Below, piece by piece: positions 7,132-15,545 of a stretch of DNA of 23,773 bases (position 1 is its first letter; every line of letters begins with the position of its first letter). The notes beneath the pieces were generated by a model. The model was given only the letters and a program-made list of their open reading frames with translations. It did not search any database and was not told where the DNA came from. Source of the DNA: an uncultured virus (IMG/VR IMGVR_UViG_3300031555_010821) (Duplodnaviria > Heunggongvirae > Uroviricota > Caudoviricetes); the IMG/VR virus record IMGVR_UViG_3300031555_010821. One strand, given 5' to 3'. The position numbers and the translations under genes are program-made.

Positions 7132-7146
7132 GAGGATTGACGGTCG

Positions 7147-7803
7147 TCAGTTTACTTCCACATGGAACATACCGAACTGGCCGTCACGCTCAGGTCTGTA
7201 TTCGCCAATGCCGCACACAAAGCCGCCGGCGTTGATGATGTTGATAATGTTCTCCAGGCTGAACGGGCCGTGCTCGTTGTAGCTCACAACAATATCAGCG
7301 TACCAGTTGCGGATCTCACCGCGATAACGAATATCAGCAGTACCCATGCCGACTCGTACCATGTCTTCACGCATAATGGGTGCATCACCCTTGATTTCAA
7401 CCATTCCGTCAACGTCATCGTCGATGAAGAAAGCACCTCTCAGAGCCATCTGATTCTTGACCCAGCCCATTCTGTATGCTGCGCTGATTGCTGCCTGCTT
7501 CAGTCCAGTTACCGGGAAACCGAACCGAGCGCCGTTGCTGATTGCTTCATCATAAGCCTCTTTGGTCATCTCAGTAGGCTTTTCGGTCAGCCAGTACAGG
7601 GAATCGATAAAATCCGCCATCGGGTTCTTGTACTCCTTCTTTTTGCCCTTGGCCAGACCCATCTGAGCATCCAGCATCATTTTCTTGGCCTTCTCGCTCC
7701 ATGCGTGAACGATCAGAGGAGAATCGCCCGAGATGCGGATTTTGACCTTCTTGATCTTGATAGGGGTGATTTCGATTACTTCACTGTTCTTCTTAACTGC
7801 CAT
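7147..7803 (-). CDS. stand-alone Cas7/RAMP-like RNA-binding protein (Vipr-like)
   Basis: IRISGDSPLIVH (RAMP beta1), FPVTGLKQAAISAA (P...lK..l..a helix), beta-hairpin thumb-like EDMVRV...IRYR, C-terminal Gly-rich loop GGFVCGIGEYRPERDGQFGMFHV; AAAGGAG RBS. Confidence 0.8.
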   Translation of the reverse strand: MAVKKNSEVIEITPIKIKKVKIRISGDSPLIVHAWSEKAKKMMLDAQMGLAKGKKKEYKNPMADFIDSLYWLTEKPTEMTKEAYDEAISNGARFGFPVTGLKQAAISAAYRMGWVKNQMALRGAFFIDDDVDGMVEIKGDAPIMREDMVRVGMGTADIRYRGEIRNWYADIVVSYNEHGPFSLENIINIINAGGFVCGIGEYRPERDGQFGMFHVEVN

Positions 7804-7824
7804 TTTCAGTTTCTCCTTTTCAAA

Positions 7825-8091
7825 TTAAAAACTTTTTCTTCCGCTGGGTTCGAACGTCGGGATGCCTGAGTAGTTCATCTCGGTCTTCCTCCAACGCTGT
7901 GTCTTTATGGTTCCAATCCAATCCTGATAAATTCGGAAATAGCCATCGTGAACTGGAACGCGAATGTTCATGTAGCCGAAATCTGCACTCACATCTACAA
8001 ACTGAAGACCGGCTTCCGTGAGCTTCTGTCTAACCGCTTCCGGTGTAGTGGCGCCCTCGATATACATGTCGATGGAAAACTGCTCAATCAC
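7825..8091 (-). CDS. hypothetical protein
   Basis: start moved to GTG 8091 after GAGGTG. Confidence 0.65.
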   Translation of the reverse strand: MIEQFSIDMYIEGATTPEAVRQKLTEAGLQFVDVSADFGYMNIRVPVHDGYFRIYQDWIGTIKTQRWRKTEMNYSGIPTFEPSGRKSF

Positions 8092-8095
8092 TTCA

Positions 8096-8329
8096 TCACC
8101 TCGCTTCCTTTGCCGGTGTCCATCCAGCCCAATGAGAATAGTTCTGATGGACGGTAAAGATACCGGCATATTCAAAACCATTGCGCTCCAACGATATCCG
8201 AGCTGCTGTTCTGGTCCGCCAGGTGCCGCCCTTTCCGATGTATGCTCCCTGTTCATCAACCAGGTAGTAGACTCTGTCGCCTTTGCGCTTGAGGGTATAA
8301 TCAATAACCTCTTTGATTCTGACCTTCAT
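8096..8329 (-). CDS. hypothetical protein
   Basis: start ATG 8329 after GGGAGG. Confidence 0.7.
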   Translation of the reverse strand: MKVRIKEVIDYTLKRKGDRVYYLVDEQGAYIGKGGTWRTRTAARISLERNGFEYAGIFTVHQNYSHWAGWTPAKEAR

Positions 8330-8342
8330 AACGAATCCTCCC

Positions 8343-8534
8343 TTAGATGACACCACCATCGGCAGTTACGATGCAGAAACCAGCTTTGCTCATATAGTAT
8401 TCGTTACCGGCCTCATCGATATATGCTCGCTGCTTACTAGTGCCAGAAACATCAGCTTCGCCCTTTGGGAATCTGGTCAGCTTGCCAACCACTTCATGTC
8501 CAACTTCAGCGGCGTATTTTCTAATGGTATTCAT
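8343..8534 (-). CDS. hypothetical protein
   Basis: 63-aa ORF, GGAGG RBS, first gene after a promoter. Confidence 0.75.
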   Translation of the reverse strand: MNTIRKYAAEVGHEVVGKLTRFPKGEADVSGTSKQRAYIDEAGNEYYMSKAGFCIVTADGGVI

Positions 8535-8581
8535 CGTTTTTCCTCCAGCTTTTAACTATTTGTATTGGTTTCTGTGACTAT

Positions 8582-8609
8582 ACGTTAACACACTTACCTG
8601 TCATGTCAA
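8582..8609 (-). promoter_or_regulatory. sigmaA-type promoter of the cassette carrying the RAMP gene
   Basis: TTGACA (8604-8609)-16 nt-TAACGT with TGn extension; lies just after a terminator. Confidence 0.6.
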
Positions 8610-8669
8610 TGGATATTTCTTTATTTTCGGGAATAATTTTTGTGTAATAATCAGTTGCGTAGATGAAGA

Positions 8670-8698
8670 AAAAGAGGCTGCAGTCCGCAGCCTCTTTT
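8670..8698. terminator. Rho-independent terminator ending the replication operon
   Basis: AAAAGAGGCTGC/GCAGCCTCTTTT. Confidence 0.8.
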
Positions 8699-8701
8699 AC
8701 A

Positions 8702-8944
8702 TTACAGGAGTTTGGCAACGTCTTCCGGGAATTCACCGAGGGCATGAACCTGATAGACGAGGCAGTTCCGGGCAATGGCTCTCACTTCATCTTCCGTATG
8801 GTTTTCGATCAACTGCTTCGTCGTAAGAACTTTAAGGACTTTGCCTTTATCAGAGGCCATGACAGCGTTCTTGTTGGCAAATCTCCCAAACAACCAGTGG
8901 CTGCGGTTGTCACCATACTTTACTTGGTAGAAATAGTCTTTCAC
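8702..8944 (-). CDS. hypothetical protein
   Basis: 80-aa ORF, GGGAGG RBS. Confidence 0.7.
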   Translation of the reverse strand: MKDYFYQVKYGDNRSHWLFGRFANKNAVMASDKGKVLKVLTTKQLIENHTEDEVRAIARNCLVYQVHALGEFPEDVAKLL

Positions 8945-9011
8945 GGTCGAATCCTCCCTTCTGTCAAATAGTCTCCTTGAACATTTAGCGATGTGTCTAA
9001 TGATGGGGTGG

Positions 9012-9530
9012 TTACGATTGGTTCGCAGAAACCGCTGCCTTCTGGTCGGCGGTTTCTTCTATGTATTTCGCCATGTTCAACAGAGCTGTGTCATGTACGC
9101 GATGTGCGCGCCGTAAGTATGTATCCTCTTTTCCCTCGAAATCCGGCCGGTTGCCGAACAGCATATCCCGGACACCCAGCCAACTCGAACGATCAAAGTA
9201 CCGCATTCTGATTACGGCGCGTTCGTCAGGGTTTCTGATGTGTTGGAGAATCGACTCAAGTTCGTTTCTCTCTCTGCTCACCTCCGAGACGGAGCCACGA
9301 ATGAGGGCTTCCAATTCGTCTTTTTGACTGAGCAAACTGGCAAGCCGATCATCCGCGGCGCTCGGCGCCTTTGGCATATCGGTGAGAACCTGAGCTCCCA
9401 AGCCGATCATCCTTGCGTTCAGATGTTCCAAGCGCTCAATTTGGTTGTCGATCTCCCTCTCATTTTCCATGTACCGAACCAACCTGTCCTTGACGGCGCA
9501 GACATCGTATCGCTTTTCCTCCATAACCAT
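9012..9530 (-). CDS. ArpU/DUF1492-like late transcription activator
   Basis: coiled coil, LTDMPKAPS, ERAVIRMRYFD..SW..V sigma-region-4-like HTH; position at the end of the replication module. Confidence 0.7.
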   Translation of the reverse strand: MVMEEKRYDVCAVKDRLVRYMENEREIDNQIERLEHLNARMIGLGAQVLTDMPKAPSAADDRLASLLSQKDELEALIRGSVSEVSRERNELESILQHIRNPDERAVIRMRYFDRSSWLGVRDMLFGNRPDFEGKEDTYLRRAHRVHDTALLNMAKYIEETADQKAAVSANQS

Positions 9531-9559
9531 AGGAAGCTCTCTCACCTCTTTCCCACAAC

Positions 9560-9895
9560 TTATGTTTTGTCCTTCAGCCAAGGATACCGCTCCCCAAAGC
9601 GTGGTATATCCTCACCGAAGATTGCCTCAAGACGCTGGTCGAGCTTTATCTGTTGATAATCCGCCTCGTCGTTTTTCTCAAGTGCCGCATGGTATCTGTC
9701 GAAGACTTTCTCCCACGCTCGAATCACTTTGTTTAACCGAGTCTTACCGAATACATCCTTCCCCATAACATCTGGGTCGTTCAGGGTTAGGACAAGTGTA
9801 TCGGTCATGTACTGGATATAGGTGTCCTTTTCCGCCTTCAGGTACACCTCCAGGCGGGCCTGTTGTTTCTGGAGAAATGCATTCTGCTTTGCCAC
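9560..9895 (-). CDS. hypothetical phage protein
   Basis: 111-aa ORF, GGAGG RBS. Confidence 0.75.
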   Translation of the reverse strand: MAKQNAFLQKQQARLEVYLKAEKDTYIQYMTDTLVLTLNDPDVMGKDVFGKTRLNKVIRAWEKVFDRYHAALEKNDEADYQQIKLDQRLEAIFGEDIPRFGERYPWLKDKT

Positions 9896-9907
9896 AGCTT
9901 ACGCCTC

Positions 9908-10681
9908 CTACTTCTTGTTCCAAGGCAACTCGGTAATGATGTCTTCGCCCCAGATGGGCTTCATGCTGTCTTTCATAAAGACCGGAATGTTGTTCTTCTG
10001 GCAGAACTCCACATAGGGTTCAACCCAACTGCGCTCAGGAGACACCCTGTTTGTACGACTTCCTGTTTCAGCGCCCATGATAATCCAGTTATCTCGCAGA
10101 GCCTCCGGGCTATCAGGATACGGGAACGGCTTCAGAATAGGCTCCATGCTGACAAAGGTATTGTGATAGTCAGATTTGAAAATGTCTGCATCCGGGTTGT
10201 CAGCGGTACTGCCGTACCAGAAGTTGTCTAGCTCAGGAAGCAAACCGTCTTCGTGTAGCCACACATACCGCTTCGGGTTCTTCGTCAGGAATAAGTATCG
10301 ATGCCCTTCTGCGGCCTTGCAAGCTTCGAAGATCTCGACAATCCATTCGTCTGGAATCCAATCTCCAAACATATCCGCCATCGAGCAGACAAAAATTGTT
10401 TCGCCAAACCCTTTGGTCAGTGGGTCTTTCAGCCTGTACTTATGGAACGTCGGTGTGAATCCATACGGATAGGCAGCGCCTCGGGTTCCACCGCTCTTGC
10501 TAGTAACCTTCATGCGCTCATTCAGAACGACAATCGGCTGATCGGTATGCCCGTCCGGAGCCGCGTCACATCCCTTGAACCGATTCGCAGTACCACGAGC
10601 GTAGCAATATGGGCAAGTGTTGTAGCATCCACTGATCGGATTCCAACTAGAATCTGCCCACTCAATCTTGGTCTTTTCCAT
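9908..10681 (-). CDS. DUF5131 (phage Gp37/Gp68, radical-SAM-like) protein
   Basis: TKIEWAD.SWNPISGC...CPYCYA, IFVCSMADMF, LTKNPKR, SMEP, WIIMGAETG. Confidence 0.9.
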   Translation of the reverse strand: MEKTKIEWADSSWNPISGCYNTCPYCYARGTANRFKGCDAAPDGHTDQPIVVLNERMKVTSKSGGTRGAAYPYGFTPTFHKYRLKDPLTKGFGETIFVCSMADMFGDWIPDEWIVEIFEACKAAEGHRYLFLTKNPKRYVWLHEDGLLPELDNFWYGSTADNPDADIFKSDYHNTFVSMEPILKPFPYPDSPEALRDNWIIMGAETGSRTNRVSPERSWVEPYVEFCQKNNIPVFMKDSMKPIWGEDIITELPWNKK

Positions 10682-10692
10682 AAATACCTCCG

Positions 10693-11133
10693 TTAGAACG
10701 GCAGTTCACCATCATCGTCGTCCAAGACCGGATAGCTCTCATTGCCGGAGTCGCCAGTGCCGGAGCCGTGGTTGCTTCCATACGAAGAATTCGTAGTACC
10801 GTTGTCATCGCGCTTGCTGTCCGCAAAATAGATGTTTTCGGCAATGATTTCTGCCACGCGCCTTTTCACGTTTTCTTTATCTGTGTAGTTGCGGATCTCG
10901 AGCCGGCCGCTTACGACAGCAGCTCTTCCCTTCGAGAAATACTTTGAAGCAAATTCTCCGAGGTGTCTCCATGCGACAATATCAATAAAATCAGTTTCTC
11001 GTTCAGCGTCTTTGGCTTTGTAGTCTCTATCTACCGCCAATGTGAACGATGCGACCGGGATGCCCGATCCGGTATGCCGAAGTTCGGGGTCTCGTGTGAG
11101 TCTGCCCATAACTACGATGTGATTCAGTGCCAT
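10693..11133 (-). CDS. ssb: single-stranded DNA-binding protein
   Basis: LNHIVVMGRLTRDPELR...FTLAVDR, acidic tail DDDDGELPF. Confidence 0.97.
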   Translation of the reverse strand: MALNHIVVMGRLTRDPELRHTGSGIPVASFTLAVDRDYKAKDAERETDFIDIVAWRHLGEFASKYFSKGRAAVVSGRLEIRNYTDKENVKRRVAEIIAENIYFADSKRDDNGTTNSSYGSNHGSGTGDSGNESYPVLDDDDGELPF

Positions 11134-11826
11134 TTAATTTATCTCCTTATTCGTCTTCAGATCGTAAATTTTACAAAGCTTCTTGTCCAGAATGATTCCA
11201 TGTGGTATGTGATACCGTTCAAGGAACGCTCTTTCGCCGATCGTATGCGCAATGATATGGTGGCCTCTGCAAGCAGGAAGCACCTCCATGCCCTCATGAA
11301 TGATTTCTTCACGGTTTCTGCCAGCTCCGACATGATCGACATGATGCAAGTCAGCGTGACCACCGCAAATAAAGCATTTCTTTTTCACCAGGCAGGCATA
11401 CAAGTAGTCGCTGATGTCATCCACATAGTCTAAAAGCGGGAAGTTGCAGGGAATGTCCCAATCCAGAATGAACCGAACCAGGAACCTCTGAAACGAACAG
11501 ACAAGCGACATCGGAGCATTGGAGAGGCTGAATATCTTATCAGCCGTCTCCTGCAAATCTTCAGCCAAAAATTTCAGCTTCAGATACTCCTTGGCCGGGT
11601 CCATACCCATGCCGGTAAAATCCGATATCTCACGGATGAGCGCATAACAGGCTTTTCGCTGCTTATCAGAAAGCGGGCGACTGTCCAGCATCTGTACCAG
11701 ACACTCTTTGTACTCGCGCTTGGTCATCATGTGCCAGTCGTCGTATCGCGCTTTGATGGTAAGCTCTTGGGTGCGAGGGTCATAATCAACGATTCTTCCC
11801 TTTACAGTATCGATTGGAGATTTCAT
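11134..11826 (-). CDS. putative HNHc nuclease (DUF968-like)
   Basis: SDKQRK..YALI, CFICG..ADLHH...G.GR, C..HH...H. Confidence 0.8.
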   Translation of the reverse strand: MKSPIDTVKGRIVDYDPRTQELTIKARYDDWHMMTKREYKECLVQMLDSRPLSDKQRKACYALIREISDFTGMGMDPAKEYLKLKFLAEDLQETADKIFSLSNAPMSLVCSFQRFLVRFILDWDIPCNFPLLDYVDDISDYLYACLVKKKCFICGGHADLHHVDHVGAGRNREEIIHEGMEVLPACRGHHIIAHTIGERAFLERYHIPHGIILDKKLCKIYDLKTNKEIN

Positions 11827-11856
11827 GTTTCTCCTCCGTGAGCGCCGGGGAGAGGA

Positions 11857-12693
11857 TTACTCCTCATCCTCCGGGCTTTCATATTCGTAGTCTTCCTCGT
11901 CGCCTTCCTCTTCCGCGTCGATCGCTTCAACGATATCAGCGGCTGCGTCCAGCGCCTCGGAAACCAGCTCTTCATCCTCATCCTCAGGCGGATAATCGGG
12001 AATGTCGAGGTCAAACAGTACCTGGTGGCAGTCCTCACATTCGATGGCCACATTGACGATCTCATCGGGGCCGTAGCCTGCACAGACGATCTCATGGCCA
12101 ACGTGAGCTTCAAGCTTTTCTGCCGGGCAGTAGAAGGGGCTGTCAGGACTGGTTGCAGAGGAAAGAACGACCTTGTTGTCTTCGGTTCTGACCGTAAAGT
12201 TGCCCATTGCCTCCGTTACATGCAGCGACTCACCAATGAACTGGCACAGCCAACTAAACGGGGTTTCAGGAACTTCCTTGACTTCATCGGCGGTTTCAAC
12301 ATCTTCATCCGGCATATCCAGGAATCGGATGCCAGCGTCGTCATCGAACATGGTCATCTGGCCGTTGTCGATCTTGCGCAGCACCCAAATCTGGTTGTCT
12401 TCGTCCCAGACCATGCCATACTCGCCTTTGAACTGGCCAGTCATCTTATCTCTGATCTGCATGACAGAACTGATAGTATGACTGAATGAGGGCTTTGTAA
12501 TCTCACGGATGCCATCAGGCGTAGAAACAGCGCTGTTCTCCAGGCTGACGCCAAGTTTCAACGTAAGTACCGCATCGGAAGCTCCCTTCATTGTCATATT
12601 GCCGATCGTGCGAGCCAAAACGGTGTCGAAGTCGCTCTTGAGAGCGGCGAATGTGTCGCTGTTCAGGCTCAGAATCATGTCTTTGCTATTCAT
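11857..12693 (-). CDS. acidic hypothetical protein
   Basis: 278-aa ORF, GGAGG RBS, H.GH...CEDC motif. Confidence 0.8.
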   Translation of the reverse strand: MNSKDMILSLNSDTFAALKSDFDTVLARTIGNMTMKGASDAVLTLKLGVSLENSAVSTPDGIREITKPSFSHTISSVMQIRDKMTGQFKGEYGMVWDEDNQIWVLRKIDNGQMTMFDDDAGIRFLDMPDEDVETADEVKEVPETPFSWLCQFIGESLHVTEAMGNFTVRTEDNKVVLSSATSPDSPFYCPAEKLEAHVGHEIVCAGYGPDEIVNVAIECEDCHQVLFDLDIPDYPPEDEDEELVSEALDAAADIVEAIDAEEEGDEEDYEYESPEDEE

Positions 12694-12708
12694 TTTTGTT
12701 TCCTCCTG

Positions 12709-12939
12709 TCAGATGGTGTTTTTTCTGATGTACTGATTTCTGCACCGCTCACAGCAGAAGTCTTTCCACAGGCCGTTGACCTGAGTGAAAACCCATCCCT
12801 GTTTGCGGAGTTCTGCTTTGTGTTCTTTCGTCCCGACATCTTCGCTGTCGAAAAGGAAACCTTTCTCACGGCCGCAGTTGTCGCAGGTAAAGACCTCTTT
12901 CCCCTCCCACCAGCCGTCAAAAACGAGTTCTTTACTCAT
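12709..12939 (-). CDS. small Cys-rich hypothetical protein
   Basis: CDNC...CCERC; start ATG 12939 after GGAGG. Confidence 0.75.
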   Translation of the reverse strand: MSKELVFDGWWEGKEVFTCDNCGREKGFLFDSEDVGTKEHKAELRKQGWVFTQVNGLWKDFCCERCRNQYIRKNTI

Positions 12940-13633
12940 TTGGTTCCTCCTCGGCCTTAGCTTCACGTTCAAGACGCTCTCTCAGCTCTTGCAGAAGGTC
13001 TACAGTGCTGACACGACTGAGATCCACATGGTAATTGTCGCACTCGCAGAATCCATCGCATTCTTCACAATCGTCTTCTGCGTCGCTGATCGAAACCAAA
13101 ACCTCAGGGTCGAGCTTCAATGCAGGCCGCACACCTAATTCTTCTTCACAGATGCCAGTGCAAACGAAGCCTGCGTCATCAACGTAAAATACTGCGTTAA
13201 CGCCATCGATGTAAGGAGAATTTTGCCGACGAGTCGCATAAGGCGTGGCGAGCCACCATTTGTAATTCACTGAAGGAATGATGCCCCTGAATTTGCCGTA
13301 TTGCCAAAGTGTCAGCGGCGCTGCATAAACCGCAAGATCACCATAACCTCCACTCATATCAGTTTCATTTCTGTCGAGTACGAATGGAACGAAGTCATCA
13401 TTACTTGCGCCTGATGCGCCAAGGAGATTTACAAAGCCTTCAATAGTCTTCTTGAGTTCAGATGACAGATAATCGTTCATCGTATCGCTCATTTCGGTCT
13501 GAAATGCGGAGTCTTCACACTTTTCGCAGGCCAGGATGAGGACGCCATCGTCGCTATGTTCCAGAACGACAAAGTCCTCACCTGCGTAGGTAAAGATGTC
13601 GCCGGGTGCCAGTTCTTTAATCGCTTTCTTCAT
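12932..13633 (-). CDS. DUF6273-like phage protein
   Basis: GD.F..AG..FVVLEH, NDY.SS.L, WWLATPY, GVRPAL. Confidence 0.6.
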   Translation of the reverse strand: MKKAIKELAPGDIFTYAGEDFVVLEHSDDGVLILACEKCEDSAFQTEMSDTMNDYLSSELKKTIEGFVNLLGASGASNDDFVPFVLDRNETDMSGGYGDLAVYAAPLTLWQYGKFRGIIPSVNYKWWLATPYATRRQNSPYIDGVNAVFYVDDAGFVCTGICEEELGVRPALKLDPEVLVSISDAEDDCEECDGFCECDNYHVDLSRVSTVDLLQELRERLEREAKAEEEPNE

Positions 13634-13681
13634 TTGATTACCTCCTAATATAGATAATGAATCACTTTTTCTAGCAAGCCA

Positions 13682-13993
13682 TCAGTATTGGCTCCCATAA
13701 ATTGTTTTTCGCATCTCAAGCTCCGCTGCTTCAGCCATTTCCTTTGTCCAATTCTCGCCGATGCGAATACGAGACTTAACGGTGAGGCGCTTGATGCCTA
13801 TTTTGGTCATCGTGGTTTTAAAGCGCTTTGCTAGTGACATGCCGGACATTTCTTCTCCTTTTTCATTCTTGTGATAGCTTCGCTCCGGTACAGAAATGTA
13901 AACAACAAGGTCTTCGATGTTCTCTTGAGTCTTTTCGATTCTCAATCCAAGACTAGCAAGTGCGAGCATCATGCCCTCTCCTATTGCGCTCAT
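13682..13993 (-). CDS. hypothetical protein
   Basis: 103-aa ORF in the operon. Confidence 0.75.
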   Translation of the reverse strand: MSAIGEGMMLALASLGLRIEKTQENIEDLVVYISVPERSYHKNEKGEEMSGMSLAKRFKTTMTKIGIKRLTVKSRIRIGENWTKEMAEAAELEMRKTIYGSQY

Positions 13994-14004
13994 CTTTCAT
14001 TCTC

Positions 14005-14448
14005 CTATTTTCCCTTTATGTGAGGCCCTTTTGCCTCCTGGATCGTGACCACCAGTCTGGGGTCACGGCTGTAAAACCTTCTGATTTGCAGATCAACGAC
14101 CTGGGTGTCGTCGTGATATGCAATCTTGTTGAGTGAGTCGAGAACGACCTTGATGACATTGTCAGCATCAGGTTTCTTCAACGGCCGCAGGACATGCTCC
14201 TCCATCATCTTCTGGGCTTTCTTTGATTTGCTTTTCGGGATACCGTAGTATGCCGTGATTCTGACATCCAATTGGTCGTTGTCCTCAAACTTGAAATCCC
14301 GGCACTGACGGCGGTACTCCGTCTTAATAAGGTTTTCATACGAAACCGTTTCGTCTGGTGTGTATGTACTCACATACTTGCCAGTTTTTCGAAACCTCGG
14401 TCGTCCCTTTCCTTCCGGTTCTCCAAGGATAGTAAACTTAACCTTCAT
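14005..14448 (-). CDS. rusA: RusA-family Holliday junction resolvase
   Basis: GEPEGKGRPR, KPDADNVIKVVLDSLN..AYHDDTQVV. Confidence 0.93.
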   Translation of the reverse strand: MKVKFTILGEPEGKGRPRFRKTGKYVSTYTPDETVSYENLIKTEYRRQCRDFKFEDNDQLDVRITAYYGIPKSKSKKAQKMMEEHVLRPLKKPDADNVIKVVLDSLNKIAYHDDTQVVDLQIRRFYSRDPRLVVTIQEAKGPHIKGK

Positions 14449-14635
14449 AAGCATCCCCTCCCGGCATATCGTCTGGGTTTGCAAGCTCGTAGCTCACAAA
14501 ATACTCAAACGCCTTTCCGTTCTTTTTCCGACGTACCTTTTTTACCGTGTATCCGTTGGCGAACAGAATCGAGGCAACCGTCAAACGGTCAGCCTCATTC
14601 ATAATCCTGAGGTAGCCGGATTCAATGTTTTCCAT
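14438..14635 (-). CDS. hypothetical protein
   Basis: 65-aa ORF, AAGGAG RBS, overlaps the rusA start. Confidence 0.75.
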   Translation of the reverse strand: MENIESGYLRIMNEADRLTVASILFANGYTVKKVRRKKNGKAFEYFVSYELANPDDMPGGDAYEG

Positions 14636-14649
14636 TTCGAGCTCCTTCC

Positions 14650-15543
14650 TTATACATCCTCAAAGAGCTTGTTCATCTCGAAGTACCGATTTTTCGCTTC
14701 CACGCGACGCCAACTTGGGCCTGTGAATTGAATCGGATAGCAGCACTCAAAGATTCGGTCATAGATACGACTGAATCTAGGTTCGATCTCCGACTTCATC
14801 TGGTCCATTGTGAGGTTCGTAGTGAGAATCATCGGCCGCTGATTGCTGTATCTGTCATCAATCAGGTTGTACACCTTTTCCAATGCATAGCTGGTAGACC
14901 GTTCAGCACCCAGGTCGTCAAAGATAACAAGCTTTGCACGAGAGAGCCTGTCCATCAGAGCAGTCTCTTTTTCACCACCATCCTGGATGATTTCCAGGAC
15001 GCGAACGAACGAAGTCATCACCACCGAAACTTTATGGTCTAGCAAGTAGTTGGCAATACAGGCAGCCGCAAAGCTCTTTCCGGTTCCAACATCACCCCAC
15101 AGGATGAGTCCTTGGTTCTTCTCAACCATCTGGTCAAACGCGGTAGCATACCGATAACAGACCTTGTAGTTTCGATCGTTGTACTTGTTCGGCTTGAACT
15201 TATCGAAGGTCGCGCTAAGAAGCTTGTTATCCATCATGCTTCCGCGTCGGAGCCTATCAATAAGCTCTCGATCTTCACGTTCCCGCTTTTCCTTCTGCTC
15301 TCTGGCGTCCTTTTCCCTTTCACAGCGGCAGGAAGCAACTGCTAGAATATTCACTTTGCGGTCAGGTTCTTCAGGCGTTGGATCTGGAGCGGATATGTAG
15401 GTCTGCTTCCGCTCCTTACAAAATCCACAGCACAAAAGACCCTCTTCGTCTACAAAATCGGAGGGGTCTCGCTTCTGCTTGCTAAGACCAAGCTGCGCGA
15501 TCAGTCGTGTCGCATCTGAAGGACGATTGAACATGCCGGCCAT
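14650..15543 (-). CDS. DnaC/IstB-like ATPase (helicase loader)
   Basis: Walker A GDVGTGKS, Walker B IFDDLGAE, TTN, RIYDRI; N-terminal Cys pairs. Confidence 0.93.
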   Translation of the reverse strand: MAGMFNRPSDATRLIAQLGLSKQKRDPSDFVDEEGLLCCGFCKERKQTYISAPDPTPEEPDRKVNILAVASCRCEREKDAREQKEKREREDRELIDRLRRGSMMDNKLLSATFDKFKPNKYNDRNYKVCYRYATAFDQMVEKNQGLILWGDVGTGKSFAAACIANYLLDHKVSVVMTSFVRVLEIIQDGGEKETALMDRLSRAKLVIFDDLGAERSTSYALEKVYNLIDDRYSNQRPMILTTNLTMDQMKSEIEPRFSRIYDRIFECCYPIQFTGPSWRRVEAKNRYFEMNKLFEDV

Positions 15544-15545
15544 AA

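Larger units (their letters stand above)
7014..7146 (-). ncRNA. candidate guide RNA of the RAMP-like protein (GGY-NN repeat RNA, vrRNA-like)
   Basis: Intergenic, begins right after the RAMP stop codon, phased GGY-NN pentamers plus a 3' hairpin; RNA status and ends are inferred. Confidence 0.7.

Noticed and set aside
7053..7235. + strand Pro/Arg-rich ORFs across the repeat (also 6638-7282) and the 7036 upstream extension of the 6988 gene
   Set aside because: By-products of a stop-poor GC repeat; no RBS, antisense to real genes, and the strong RBS points to ATG 6988.
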